In this document: piece by piece, positions 18,910-27,929 of the stretch
Position numbering within the stretch: the first letter of the stretch is position 1
How the letters are laid out: every line of letters begins with the position of its first letter
IMG/VR virus record: IMGVR_UViG_3300043406_000028
Location: 12,042 to 76,041 of that record
Source: a virus
Lineage: Duplodnaviria; Caudoviricetes
Reading direction: 5' to 3' (one strand)
DNA: 64,000 nt
The notes under the pieces: generated by a model
The model's database searches: none
What the model saw: only the letters and a program-made list of their open reading frames with translations
Told to the model about the DNA's origin: nothing
Translations under genes and position numbers: made by a program

Positions 18910-19824
18910 ATGCCCGTCGCACTTGGACAAATTCGCGATCTTCTGCTCCCTGGCCTGTGGGGTATCTCAGGCAAGTACGCCATGATCGAGCGTCAGTGGC
19001 CTAAGGTCTTCAGGCAGACTGATTCCAACATGGCTCTGGAACGTCGCGCTGCAATGCGCTACCTGGGCTTCGCTCAGCTAAAGACGGAAGGCGCACCGAC
19101 CGCGTTCGATAACAACGCCGGTCAGCGCTACGTCTACAACGCCGAGCATTTTGAGATCGGCCTTGGCTATGCGATCACCCGCAAGGCCATCGACGACAAC
19201 CTCTACAAGTCAGAGTTTGGCCCGTCCAATGACGGCCTGATGGAATCCTTCAAGGAAACCGAAGAGATCTACGCCGCCAACGTCTTCAACGCTGGAACCA
19301 CCTACGTTACGGCAGTCCAGGGTGACGGCGTGGCGCTGTTCAGCACCGCTCACCCGACCGATGCGGGCACCATCGGCAACCGTCCATCTCCGGACGTTGA
19401 CCTGAACGAAACCTCTCTTCTGAATGCCTTGATCGCCATCCGCTCGACCTGGACCGACAACGCCGGTCTGAAGATCCATGCACGTGGCCGCAAGGTCATG
19501 GTGCCGCCGAATCTTGAGCCGATTGCGCTTCGTCTGTTCCGCTCGGAGCTTCGCCCCGGCACCGCCAACAACGATGTGAACGCCATCCTTGGCATGAACG
19601 ATTCCTTGAAGGAAGGGTTCATGGTATGGGATTACCTCACCTCGTCTTACGCTTGGTTCATTGCGACCAACCACGATGGCCTGATCTTCTTCAATCGTAA
19701 GCCATTCGAGATGGATATGTCGGTTGAGTTCACGACCGACAACCTGTTGGTCAAGGGCTACCAGCGGTATGTGCCGACCTACTACGACTGGCGTTCAGTC
19801 TACGGTACGTTCCCGACTTCTTAA
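18910..19824 (+). CDS. major capsid protein
   Basis: LLPGL...KTEGAP...FEIGLGYAITRKAIDDNLY...ETEEIYAANVFN pattern; position and highly biased codons. Confidence 0.88.
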   Translation: MPVALGQIRDLLLPGLWGISGKYAMIERQWPKVFRQTDSNMALERRAAMRYLGFAQLKTEGAPTAFDNNAGQRYVYNAEHFEIGLGYAITRKAIDDNLYKSEFGPSNDGLMESFKETEEIYAANVFNAGTTYVTAVQGDGVALFSTAHPTDAGTIGNRPSPDVDLNETSLLNALIAIRSTWTDNAGLKIHARGRKVMVPPNLEPIALRLFRSELRPGTANNDVNAILGMNDSLKEGFMVWDYLTSSYAWFIATNHDGLIFFNRKPFEMDMSVEFTTDNLLVKGYQRYVPTYYDWRSVYGTFPTS

Positions 19825-19845
19825 TAAGGACTTAGGAGCCTAATA

Positions 19846-20859
19846 ATGGGCATTACCGCAGTCTCCGGTCCATTCCTTGGGTTTGGCATCACCCAGACCT
19901 CATCGGGTCTGGTTGGTGAATACAATGAAGAGCGCGGCCCAAGCCTGTTTGACTTGGGTGACGCGATTATGGACCCGCGCCCGCAGTTCAACTACAAGCC
20001 AGGGAATCCTCCTGGAACCCAGATCAAGGGGTTCTTCACTCGCGCCCCTGTGGTTGACTGCCAGCCCTTCACCATGAATGCCAGTGCTATCGTCGGCTCG
20101 ACCTCGAACGCCCCTGTGGCTGGTACTGCCCTGACTCTGGTTCCGCTATCGAGCTTTGGTGCAATCCAGACGACGATCACTGCGCCAGAGACTGGCTTGA
20201 GCGTCAGCGTCATCGCGCTGGACAGCACTGCCGCCTGCTATCTGTATGGGCAGTCCGGGACGATTGCGATCTGGAATCCTCAGGCAGTTCCTGGCCGCAC
20301 CATCTCCGTCATCAACAGCAGCAACGCCAATACTGAGCTTTACTATGTAAATGGCCGCGATCAGTACGGCTTCAAGATGACGGAACTGATTGCCGCGTCT
20401 ACCACTTCGACCGGCACCGGAATCGGTCTGAAAGCCTTCAAGTACATCACCTCGGTTATTCCGGCCACCAACACGACCATCAGCGCCACTGGCGTCAAGG
20501 TTGGATTCCGGGATACCTTCGGATTCCCGTTCAAGACCGATTATTTTGCGGCTACGACGCTTACGGTCTCATCTCTTCCGATGGTTCCGACGCTGATGGT
20601 GCTGAGCAGCGCCAATGCGGTTCCCGCCTCAACTGCGGCAACCCAGACTTCAACCACGCCTGATGTTCGTGGCACGTTTACTTCGACCATCGCCACAAAC
20701 GGTTCGACCTTGACCGGCGTAGGGGCATCTTCTCTTGGATCGCAATCTTCTGCGGTTCGCGTCACCCTTACGCAGGCGATTAGCCCTTATATGGTAAACA
20801 CCGTTACGGCCTCGGATCAGACCTATATCTTCGGCCCAACGCAGTACAGCAACTTCTAA
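19846..20859 (+). CDS. Ser/Thr-rich virion structural protein
   Basis: Follows the capsid gene; VKVGFRDTFGFP pattern; long S/T runs. Confidence 0.75.
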   Translation: MGITAVSGPFLGFGITQTSSGLVGEYNEERGPSLFDLGDAIMDPRPQFNYKPGNPPGTQIKGFFTRAPVVDCQPFTMNASAIVGSTSNAPVAGTALTLVPLSSFGAIQTTITAPETGLSVSVIALDSTAACYLYGQSGTIAIWNPQAVPGRTISVINSSNANTELYYVNGRDQYGFKMTELIAASTTSTGTGIGLKAFKYITSVIPATNTTISATGVKVGFRDTFGFPFKTDYFAATTLTVSSLPMVPTLMVLSSANAVPASTAATQTSTTPDVRGTFTSTIATNGSTLTGVGASSLGSQSSAVRVTLTQAISPYMVNTVTASDQTYIFGPTQYSNF

Positions 20860-20870
20860 GGAGAATAACG

Positions 20871-21125
20871 ATGGCCCATCGCCATAAGGTTCAGAAGTTC
20901 AATGTCGGCGGGGCTGCTGTCGCCTACGGCAACCAGGATGTGATCTCCGCTGCCAAGAAGGGCGGAACCAACCCAGGGATCAAACCCATCCAGAAGAAGG
21001 ATGGCGGCAAGGTCGAGGGTAGGGCCTCTGGAGGCCGCCTTGATAAGCGGGCTCGCGGCGGCAAGATCGGCAAGTTCGCTCGTGGCGGCTCGCCCTTCTC
21101 AAGCGCATCCAAGGTAAAGGGGTAG
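20871..21125 (+). CDS. small basic protein with multiple xxxGG repeats
   Basis: FNVGG, KKDGG, RASGG, RARGG and FARGG in 84 aa. Confidence 0.75.
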   Translation: MAHRHKVQKFNVGGAAVAYGNQDVISAAKKGGTNPGIKPIQKKDGGKVEGRASGGRLDKRARGGKIGKFARGGSPFSSASKVKG

Positions 21126-21169
21126 ACGGTCCTGCTGAATACGCATCCGGCGGTGGGACCGGACACTGG

Positions 21170-21328
21170 ATGCAACATGCCGTGAAGCACAAAGGCGCGC
21201 TTCGTCAGGCGGCTTCCAGGGCGGGAATGTCTACTTCTGAATTTGCTCACGCTCACAAGAATGATTCTGGCCCGATAGGTAGAAGAGCAAGATTAGCCTT
21301 AACATTCGCTAAATTCCGACCAGGATGA
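21170..21328 (+). CDS. small basic protein (MQHAVKHKGALRQ...RRARLALTF), possibly a -1 frameshift extension of 20871..21125
   Basis: Hand-translated; the frame is open back through 21116 and includes EYASGG. Confidence 0.65.
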   Translation: MQHAVKHKGALRQAASRAGMSTSEFAHAHKNDSGPIGRRARLALTFAKFRPG

Positions 21329-21394
21329 TACACTGCCGCCATGGAAATCATCCTACGCAAGATGGACCTATTCACTTGTCAGGCGGTGGCATAA

Positions 21395-21772
21395 ATGCCC
21401 TCGAACCCATACAGGATTCAGATTACCGCGTCGTCATCGACAGGCGGCTACGGGTTCTACGCGGCTGATTACGCCGTTAGACCATTCAATATTGGTATTG
21501 GTTGCGTTGTTTCGACTGCGATGACCGCCAGCACGGGGACCTATAGTATCCAGCATACGTTCGATTATACTGGGTCCAGTGCGTTTATCTCGTCAAATGC
21601 TACTTGGTTTGAGAATTCTGGCATATCGTCCAAGGTAGCAAACCAGGATGGTAACTACGCCTATAGCGTCACAGCGATTCGGCTAAACGTAACATCTACG
21701 TCCACGCAAGGCGCGACCGGCAGCACGTCGCAGCCTTACTTGGTAAGCGCAACAATCATACAGGCTGGCTAA
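21395..21772 (+). CDS. Ser/Thr-rich virion protein
   Basis: YSIQHTFD...DGNYAYSVTAIRL pattern of a beta-sandwich phage protein. Confidence 0.75.
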   Translation: MPSNPYRIQITASSSTGGYGFYAADYAVRPFNIGIGCVVSTAMTASTGTYSIQHTFDYTGSSAFISSNATWFENSGISSKVANQDGNYAYSVTAIRLNVTSTSTQGATGSTSQPYLVSATIIQAG

Positions 21773-22371
21773 TGGGCGTTTCCACAGGCGGTGGACCTGA
21801 TCTGGATCTAGCGGCGGTTGTCGCTGGCGGGGATGCTTTCGTGCAGCGTATCGCCGAAATGAAGTCCGCCAAGGACTCCATGGATGCCTCCCTGGCCCAA
21901 CTGAACCTCGGCAAGAGCGCGGTAGAGGCCAACAACAAGGCCCAGGCGATTCTGGAAGAGGCCAAGGCCAAGCGCGATGTGGATATGGCGGCCCTGGATA
22001 TTGAGTTAAAGGCCGCCAGAGATAACCTCGCCAAAGTTGCCGAGCAGACCAAAGATCTGAAGCAGCAGGCAGCAGATGCCTATGCCCAGGCCCAGGACTT
22101 GAAGTCAGCCGCCGAAGCAGACCGCGCTCAGGCCAGGAAAGAACTGACTGGCGCAGGCAATCTTGCTGCGAAGCAGATTTCCGATGCCAGGGCCGAAGCA
22201 GCCAAGATCGTATCGGATGCCATGGATTCCTCGGCTAAGCTGAATGCCGAAGTTCTGGCCCTCAAGGGCCAATTGTCAGCCGCGACGGAATCAGCAAGGG
22301 CGGCAGAGGCCAAGTTCAAGGCCAAACTCCAGATCCTCAACAGCGCGACTTCCGCAGCATTGACGGAGTAA
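21772..22371 (+). CDS. Ala-rich coiled-coil protein
   Basis: Heptad-like A/K/E composition. Confidence 0.7.
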   Translation: MGVSTGGGPDLDLAAVVAGGDAFVQRIAEMKSAKDSMDASLAQLNLGKSAVEANNKAQAILEEAKAKRDVDMAALDIELKAARDNLAKVAEQTKDLKQQAADAYAQAQDLKSAAEADRAQARKELTGAGNLAAKQISDARAEAAKIVSDAMDSSAKLNAEVLALKGQLSAATESARAAEAKFKAKLQILNSATSAALTE

Positions 22372-22377
22372 CCGTCA

Positions 22378-24105
22378 ATGGCAGTCGGAGCCGGTGGCGT
22401 TTCCGGTCTTTTCTGGGCACCTCCAGTTGTCTCAGGAAACCTAGCCTCCTGGCTATCTCCAGGGGTCCTGGTCGATAGTGGCATTGGGCCGACAGGGCCA
22501 TTCCCACCTTCTGGTGCCGCAGGCGGCGACCTCGCCGGGACCTATCCGAACCCGTCTCTGGCTACGACGATCAATACGGCGGTGTCGTTCACCGGGCTTG
22601 GGGCGACGACGATTGCGGATGCAACGCAATCTACATCAACAACGACGGGTTCGCTGAAAACTGCTGGCGGCCTCGGTGTAGTTAAGAATGCCACAATCGG
22701 CGGCACTGGAACATTCACTGGTGCCCTAAGAACAAATGCCGAATTGCTGGTAAACAGTGTCAGCGGCGGTGGAAATATTGCCGCCACAGTGATGTCGGTC
22801 AACAACACGGCTGGCACGCTTCAAAATGTCGCATTCTTTGGTAAGAATACGACCATTGGCCCAGGTCTTTTTGTTCGCTCTAAAGATTCCCAAGTCGATA
22901 TTTCTTCTAATTGGCTTTTGGCCGGGGCCAATATCGATCTAACGCTGAGTACAGTTGTATCTGGCGGAACTCTTACGGAGCAATTACGCGCACTCAGTTC
23001 CGGTGGCGTTCAGGTACAGGCCAATCCGATCTTAACCGGACCCGCCGCCGCCACTCTCCAACTCGGCGCAGCCGCAGCCGACACCACAGGCGTCTCGCAA
23101 ACCGTCCAAGCCCAAGGCGTCACCACCGGAGGAACGAACAATCAGGCGGGCGGCTCGCTTACGATCCAGCCGGGCCAAGGCAAAGGCACCGCCACTTCGG
23201 TCATCAATTTCGGGGTCTATGCTGCTGGCGCGAGCGGCAACACGCTACAGACCGCGACCAATCGTTTCATATTGGCGGATGGTTCTGCGGCATCCGGCAA
23301 GCTGGCATCGCTAGTCGCAGGCACCCTTGGCGACCAAGCGCAGGCATTCTCGCTCACAGCGACACAGCCGACGACGCCGACCAACGAGCAGATCGCCACG
23401 CAGATTGTCGTCACAAGCGCCGGTAGCGCGAGTTTCGCAAACGATGCGTTCTATCTGCAATACGCCGCTGGCTACACCGGGTCTAGCCGCACCACATCGT
23501 TTTTGATCGACAACAACGTTGCCGGAACCGGGTCAACCGCGATACCCGCATCTGGATCAAACAGCGTCGTTGGCAATATGTCGTTCAGTGCCAACACGGC
23601 CTCTACGACTACGGGGTTGAATGTTGGTGGTGTAAACCGTGCCGAGGGCGGCAACATCAACGTCGGTGTAATTGGCGTTGCACAGAAGGTCAAGAACTCC
23701 GCCACCAATATCGGTGTTGTTGGTTCGGCCATCAATACTGGATCGTCGCCGGTCCAGATTGGCGGCTTCTTCTCGCTCAACCAAACAACGGTTCCGACTG
23801 TCAGTGCCGCAGGTATTTTTGATAACGGCGCGCAGACTGATCCTATCGCACTGTTCCGCTCAGCCAACACCACACTGGTTAGTATTTTAGACAGCGGGGG
23901 CATTGATCTTGGCTCTGGAAGCGATCCTGGCGTGGGGCTTATCTATACAAACAGCGCGAGTTTCCTGCTGCGGACCAAAACATCGCTGACAGGCGGCGGC
24001 ACAGGCAACGTCCCTACTCTGACTGCGGGGCCGGTCACAGGCAATCCGACCAAGTGGCTACCCTACGACGACAACGGCACAACCAGATACATCCCAGCGT
24101 GGTAA
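22378..24105 (+). CDS. tail fibre/spike-like protein
   Basis: AGGDLAGTYPNP and TGSLKTAGGLGV fibre motifs; G/S/T/N-rich beta repeats. Confidence 0.75.
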   Translation: MAVGAGGVSGLFWAPPVVSGNLASWLSPGVLVDSGIGPTGPFPPSGAAGGDLAGTYPNPSLATTINTAVSFTGLGATTIADATQSTSTTTGSLKTAGGLGVVKNATIGGTGTFTGALRTNAELLVNSVSGGGNIAATVMSVNNTAGTLQNVAFFGKNTTIGPGLFVRSKDSQVDISSNWLLAGANIDLTLSTVVSGGTLTEQLRALSSGGVQVQANPILTGPAAATLQLGAAAADTTGVSQTVQAQGVTTGGTNNQAGGSLTIQPGQGKGTATSVINFGVYAAGASGNTLQTATNRFILADGSAASGKLASLVAGTLGDQAQAFSLTATQPTTPTNEQIATQIVVTSAGSASFANDAFYLQYAAGYTGSSRTTSFLIDNNVAGTGSTAIPASGSNSVVGNMSFSANTASTTTGLNVGGVNRAEGGNINVGVIGVAQKVKNSATNIGVVGSAINTGSSPVQIGGFFSLNQTTVPTVSAAGIFDNGAQTDPIALFRSANTTLVSILDSGGIDLGSGSDPGVGLIYTNSASFLLRTKTSLTGGGTGNVPTLTAGPVTGNPTKWLPYDDNGTTRYIPAW

Positions 24106-24109
24106 TCAT

Positions 24110-24385
24110 ATGACCGACTTCACCCTCTCCATCACCGACCCAGACGCGCTCGATGCGATTGACCACATCATCCAGGCCAACGGAACAGGCGAGAAGCCCG
24201 AGGACGTGATTAAGGGAATGGTCGAGCCGCAGCTTGTGGCGATGCGCGGCCAGCAAATCGAGAACGCCGCTGCGGATAAAGCCAAGCAGGACCCAGATAT
24301 CCTAGCCTTTCAAGCTAGACAAGAAGCCAAAATAGCGGCAAAAATAGAACCAGCATTAAATCCAGTAGTAATAGTTCAGCCGTAA
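24110..24385 (+). CDS. hypothetical protein (fibre-associated)
   Basis: 91-aa ORF directly after the fibre gene. Confidence 0.65.
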   Translation: MTDFTLSITDPDALDAIDHIIQANGTGEKPEDVIKGMVEPQLVAMRGQQIENAAADKAKQDPDILAFQARQEAKIAAKIEPALNPVVIVQP

Positions 24386-24396
24386 ATGGAGGAATC

Positions 24397-24570
24397 GTGG
24401 ATCTAACTAAGGATTATAGTCTCACGCTAACTGGGGCCGAGGTCAATTACATTGGCCAATTATTGGCTAGCCGCCCCTATTCTGAGGTATTCCAGGTCAT
24501 CCCTAAGATCCAGGCTCAGGTTGAGGCCCAGAACATAGTTAAACCAGAGAATACACCAGCAGAATCATGA
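24397..24570 (+). CDS. small protein (MDLTKDYS...RPYSEVFQVIPKIQAQ), fibre-chaperone-like
   Basis: Hand-translated; GTG start with GGAGG SD; ATGA overlap with the next gene. Confidence 0.7.
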   Translation: MDLTKDYSLTLTGAEVNYIGQLLASRPYSEVFQVIPKIQAQVEAQNIVKPENTPAES

Positions 24571-24944
24571 GCGTTATTTATTCACAATCAATGATTGATG
24601 CTCGATTGGACGGCCTTGTTACTGGCCTTGGGGCATTAGCCAATTTGTTACTTTTGGCCGGAGGAACTACTGTCTCTACCATTCAACTGGCAAGTCCAGT
24701 GGGTACAGTAAATGGCGGGGTTTTGACATTCAGCGGGACTTTGCTGGACCCCTCTGCGGCAGCAACTGGGATAGTAGAAACAGCAATAATCCAGGATTCC
24801 ACGGGCGCTACAGCAATATCCGGATTAACGGTGGGGATACCGGGTGGCCCCCAGGACATAATCCTTAGTAATGGTCTGAATTCTACGCTAATTACGGCAG
24901 GGCAGACAGTAGAACTGCTTAGCGCAACAATTACTGGGTCCTGA
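24567..24944 (+). CDS. virion structural protein
   Basis: 125 aa, G/T/L-rich; LITAGQTVELLSATIT C-terminus typical of phage structural proteins. Confidence 0.7.
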   Translation: MSVIYSQSMIDARLDGLVTGLGALANLLLLAGGTTVSTIQLASPVGTVNGGVLTFSGTLLDPSAAATGIVETAIIQDSTGATAISGLTVGIPGGPQDIILSNGLNSTLITAGQTVELLSATITGS

Positions 24945-24947
24945 TTC

Positions 24948-25907
24948 ATGCCAAAGCTTACCGACACAACCAACGATCAGCTTCACAAGCGCGGCCCTGG
25001 CCGTCCTCCGAAGGTCAAGACTCCGACCAATGGCGGCCTCCATATCGTCCCGGAGCATGAGCCGCTCGGTGAGGGCGGATTCCAACTGCCGCCCGTTGCA
25101 TTTGTGCCACAGGTCAATTATTCGATAAGCCAACAAGAACAAACCAAGAACGATGCCGCACTCCCAAAGCAGCCACTGAAGATCGCGCTAATCGGGACGG
25201 CCCCATCGAGCCGGATGCTAGCTCCGTATCACGACCCGTCTTGGACCATTTGGGCCTGCTCCCCAGGAAACATGGGGGCATTACCCCGCGTAGACGCATG
25301 GTTCGAAATCCATGGCAGCCTGCTTTGGCCCGAGAACAAGCACTATGGCGAACCCTACATCAAATTCCTGAGTGAGCTTAAAATCCCTGTTTACATGCAG
25401 GATAAGCGCTATTGCACCAATGCGATTCCGCTGCCGAAGGATGAACTGGTCAAGGAATTCGGACCTTACTACTTCACCTCGTCCTTCTCCTGGATGATGG
25501 CCTACGCCATGCACCGAGGATGTACGGAGATGGCTCTCTACGGCATCGATATGGCGAGCCGGGACGAGTACATTTTACAGCGTCCTGGGGCCTATCACTT
25601 CTTTAATGAAGCCAGGAAACGTGGTATCAAGATCTCCGCTCCGTATGAGAGCGATATCATGCAGCCTCCTGGTCTGTATGGATATTCCGAAGTTACGCCG
25701 TTCGGGCGCAAGCTGATTGCCCGGAGGCAGGAGTTGAAGGATAGGCTGAACGGGATGCGCCAGCAGCGCGATGGTCTGACTCAGAACATCACGTATCTTG
25801 AAGGTGCGATGGAAGACCTTGATTATGTTGAACAAATTTGGTCTGGGGCTCAGAACAATCCGCACCCTGACATGGATTCCGGAAACTACGGAATAGACAA
25901 GCCGTAA
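24948..25907 (+). CDS. putative CstII(GT42)/Maf-like nonulosonate transferase
   Basis: KIALIGTAPS...TIWACS and TSSFSWMMAYAMHRGCTEMALYGIDM resemble CstII VIIAGNGPS...VFRCN and TSGVYMCAVAIALGYKEIYLSGIDF (recalled from memory, not aligned). Confidence 0.6.
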   Translation: MPKLTDTTNDQLHKRGPGRPPKVKTPTNGGLHIVPEHEPLGEGGFQLPPVAFVPQVNYSISQQEQTKNDAALPKQPLKIALIGTAPSSRMLAPYHDPSWTIWACSPGNMGALPRVDAWFEIHGSLLWPENKHYGEPYIKFLSELKIPVYMQDKRYCTNAIPLPKDELVKEFGPYYFTSSFSWMMAYAMHRGCTEMALYGIDMASRDEYILQRPGAYHFFNEARKRGIKISAPYESDIMQPPGLYGYSEVTPFGRKLIARRQELKDRLNGMRQQRDGLTQNITYLEGAMEDLDYVEQIWSGAQNNPHPDMDSGNYGIDKP

Positions 25908-25917
25908 GGAGGCTTTA

Positions 25918-26469
25918 ATGGCTAACTTCGCTGTTACCAACGGTTCCACCCAGATTGGCGGAACTGCTGCTGGGTCAACCCAGGCTGCAATGACGACGAC
26001 CTACAAGACCCTCATCACCATCGGCAATTCTACAGGGTCTCTGACCACAGTTCCGGGCCAGCTTCGGCGTGGCAAGATCTATGATATTCTTGTCGGCACC
26101 AACGGGACCCCCGCAGACAACTTCATGGAGTTCGAGATTGGCCGCATTACCATGGGGGCGAGCACTGTTCTGGGCGGCGGCATCTCCAGCCTGTCTAGCT
26201 GGATTGGACTTGACCCAGCAGACAACACCGGCTGCGTTGCCAGCGTAGGCATGAACAGCAGCATTGAAACTGCCTATACCTACCTGACCCAGCCTTGGTA
26301 CGTTGGCATCAACCAGCGCGCTTCGTATCGCTGGGTATCGGCCCCTGGTGGCGAGATCGTCTATCCGGCAACTTCATCTGCGACCGGCAACAACGGTACC
26401 GGCCTTCGATGCCGCTCTGGTGGCTATACCGGCACAGCGACCGGCACCGTCCACTTCTCAGAGCAATAG
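25918..26469 (+). CDS. Thr/Gly/Ser-rich virion protein
   Basis: GGAGG SD; NQRASYRWV...GGEIVYP pattern. Confidence 0.75.
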   Translation: MANFAVTNGSTQIGGTAAGSTQAAMTTTYKTLITIGNSTGSLTTVPGQLRRGKIYDILVGTNGTPADNFMEFEIGRITMGASTVLGGGISSLSSWIGLDPADNTGCVASVGMNSSIETAYTYLTQPWYVGINQRASYRWVSAPGGEIVYPATSSATGNNGTGLRCRSGGYTGTATGTVHFSEQ

Positions 26470-26471
26470 AG

Positions 26472-26726
26472 ATGCGCGAGGGGGGTTATGCCTTTATTTG
26501 CGACCCCGTAGAGGGGATTCGAGAGGCATCAACCTTCACCTGCGTCCACTGCAACACAGTTGTTCATGTCAAGCCGAAGACCAATCCAGACGAATTCGGC
26601 AGCATGTGCCGCCTGTGCATGAAAATGGTGTGCAGACATTGCGCGAATCTAGGCTGCACGCCATTCGAGAAGAAGCTTGAGATGATGGAGAAGCGCGATA
26701 TAGCGCTGCGCTCCTATGGGGTCTGA
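26472..26726 (+). CDS. Cys-rich Zn-binding protein
   Basis: CVHC, CRLC, CRHC, C motifs. Confidence 0.7.
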   Translation: MREGGYAFICDPVEGIREASTFTCVHCNTVVHVKPKTNPDEFGSMCRLCMKMVCRHCANLGCTPFEKKLEMMEKRDIALRSYGV

Positions 26727-26728
26727 CA

Positions 26729-27928
26729 ATGCTAAGGGTGCAGTCCCCCGCCGTTATCCTGCCTCATAGAGGCATTCTACTTCCGCAAAAACGCCTTGAA
26801 TGGCTTGGGCCATCAACCGAACTGGGAATCCAACGGCGCTGGAAGCTCACTGGCCGTCTCCACGATGGTCTTATCCGCGATATCCGCTGGTTCGATGATC
26901 GGGAAGAGATTGATGCTTTCCTCTCCACACTAGAGCCGGGCCTTCTTTATACGGTCGGCAGCTTCAGCTTTCTAACTAGCCCGACTGGTAGCAATCAAAC
27001 CTTCAACGTCCCCAATGACTGGAATAGTGCTGGTAACACCGCAGAAACCATAGGAGGCGGAGGCGGCGGTAATTCCGCTGCTGGGTTTGGCGGAGCGGGA
27101 GGCGGTGGAGCTTATTCAGCGGAGCCCAATGTTGTCCTAACCCCAGGCGGGACGGCGACATACCGCATTGGCGTTCTAGGTCCCCTATCCACAGCCGGTG
27201 GCGATTCCTGGTTTAACGGCACGACCCTTGCCGGGGCCTCGGTTGGATCGAAGGGTGGCTCTCCAGGCACCTCGACTGGAGGCGCTGGCGGCGTAGCCGC
27301 GAGTGGCGTCGGCACCACAAAAACCTCTGGCGGCGCTGGTGGTAGTACATCTGGGGCGGCGGGCGCAGGTGGAGGTGGCGGCGGCGGCGCGGGCGGCGCT
27401 CTGGGCGATGGCAAAACCAGCACTATTGGAACCAATGTTGGTGGTTCTGGTGGCGGCGCAGCCAACAATGGCAGCGATGGTGCGGCTGGTGCCAATGCCG
27501 GGGGCACTGGCGGTAATGGTCATGGCGGTACGGGCGGGGGCACTGCGGGTACATTCCCAGGCGGAGCGGGCGGGAACGGCACTGCAACAACGGGGGCTGG
27601 CGGCGGTGGTGGTGGTGGTAATACCAATGCAGGCGGTGGTGCTGGTGGCAACGGGGCCACGGGCAACGAGTGGGATAGCACGCATGGGTCTGGTGGTGGA
27701 GGTGGGGGCGGTGGTGGAGACAACGGCTCAGGCAACGGCGCGAATGGAGGCGCGGCTGGCTTGTATGGCGCAGGCGGCGCTGGCCGAGGGACAGGCACTG
27801 CAAACGGCAACTCTACTGTAGGCGCTCAAGGCATCGTCGTTCTAATCAACACGATATTTCAGGGATGGGACGCGGAAATCCCAGAAGTTCGCACACGGCT
27901 CTGGCCGCGCATGACGGCGGATTATTGA
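26729..27928 (+). CDS. glycine-rich virion protein
   Basis: Long GGxGG repeats; ends GAQGIVVL as in phage Gly-rich domains. Confidence 0.75.
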   Translation: MLRVQSPAVILPHRGILLPQKRLEWLGPSTELGIQRRWKLTGRLHDGLIRDIRWFDDREEIDAFLSTLEPGLLYTVGSFSFLTSPTGSNQTFNVPNDWNSAGNTAETIGGGGGGNSAAGFGGAGGGGAYSAEPNVVLTPGGTATYRIGVLGPLSTAGGDSWFNGTTLAGASVGSKGGSPGTSTGGAGGVAASGVGTTKTSGGAGGSTSGAAGAGGGGGGGAGGALGDGKTSTIGTNVGGSGGGAANNGSDGAAGANAGGTGGNGHGGTGGGTAGTFPGGAGGNGTATTGAGGGGGGGNTNAGGGAGGNGATGNEWDSTHGSGGGGGGGGGDNGSGNGANGGAAGLYGAGGAGRGTGTANGNSTVGAQGIVVLINTIFQGWDAEIPEVRTRLWPRMTADY

Positions 27929-27929
27929 G

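Noticed and set aside
27112-27821. Multiple Pro- or Ala-rich ORFs in other frames
   Set aside because: By-products of the GGC-rich glycine-repeat gene; no collagen G-X-Y period and no tandem DNA repeat unit.
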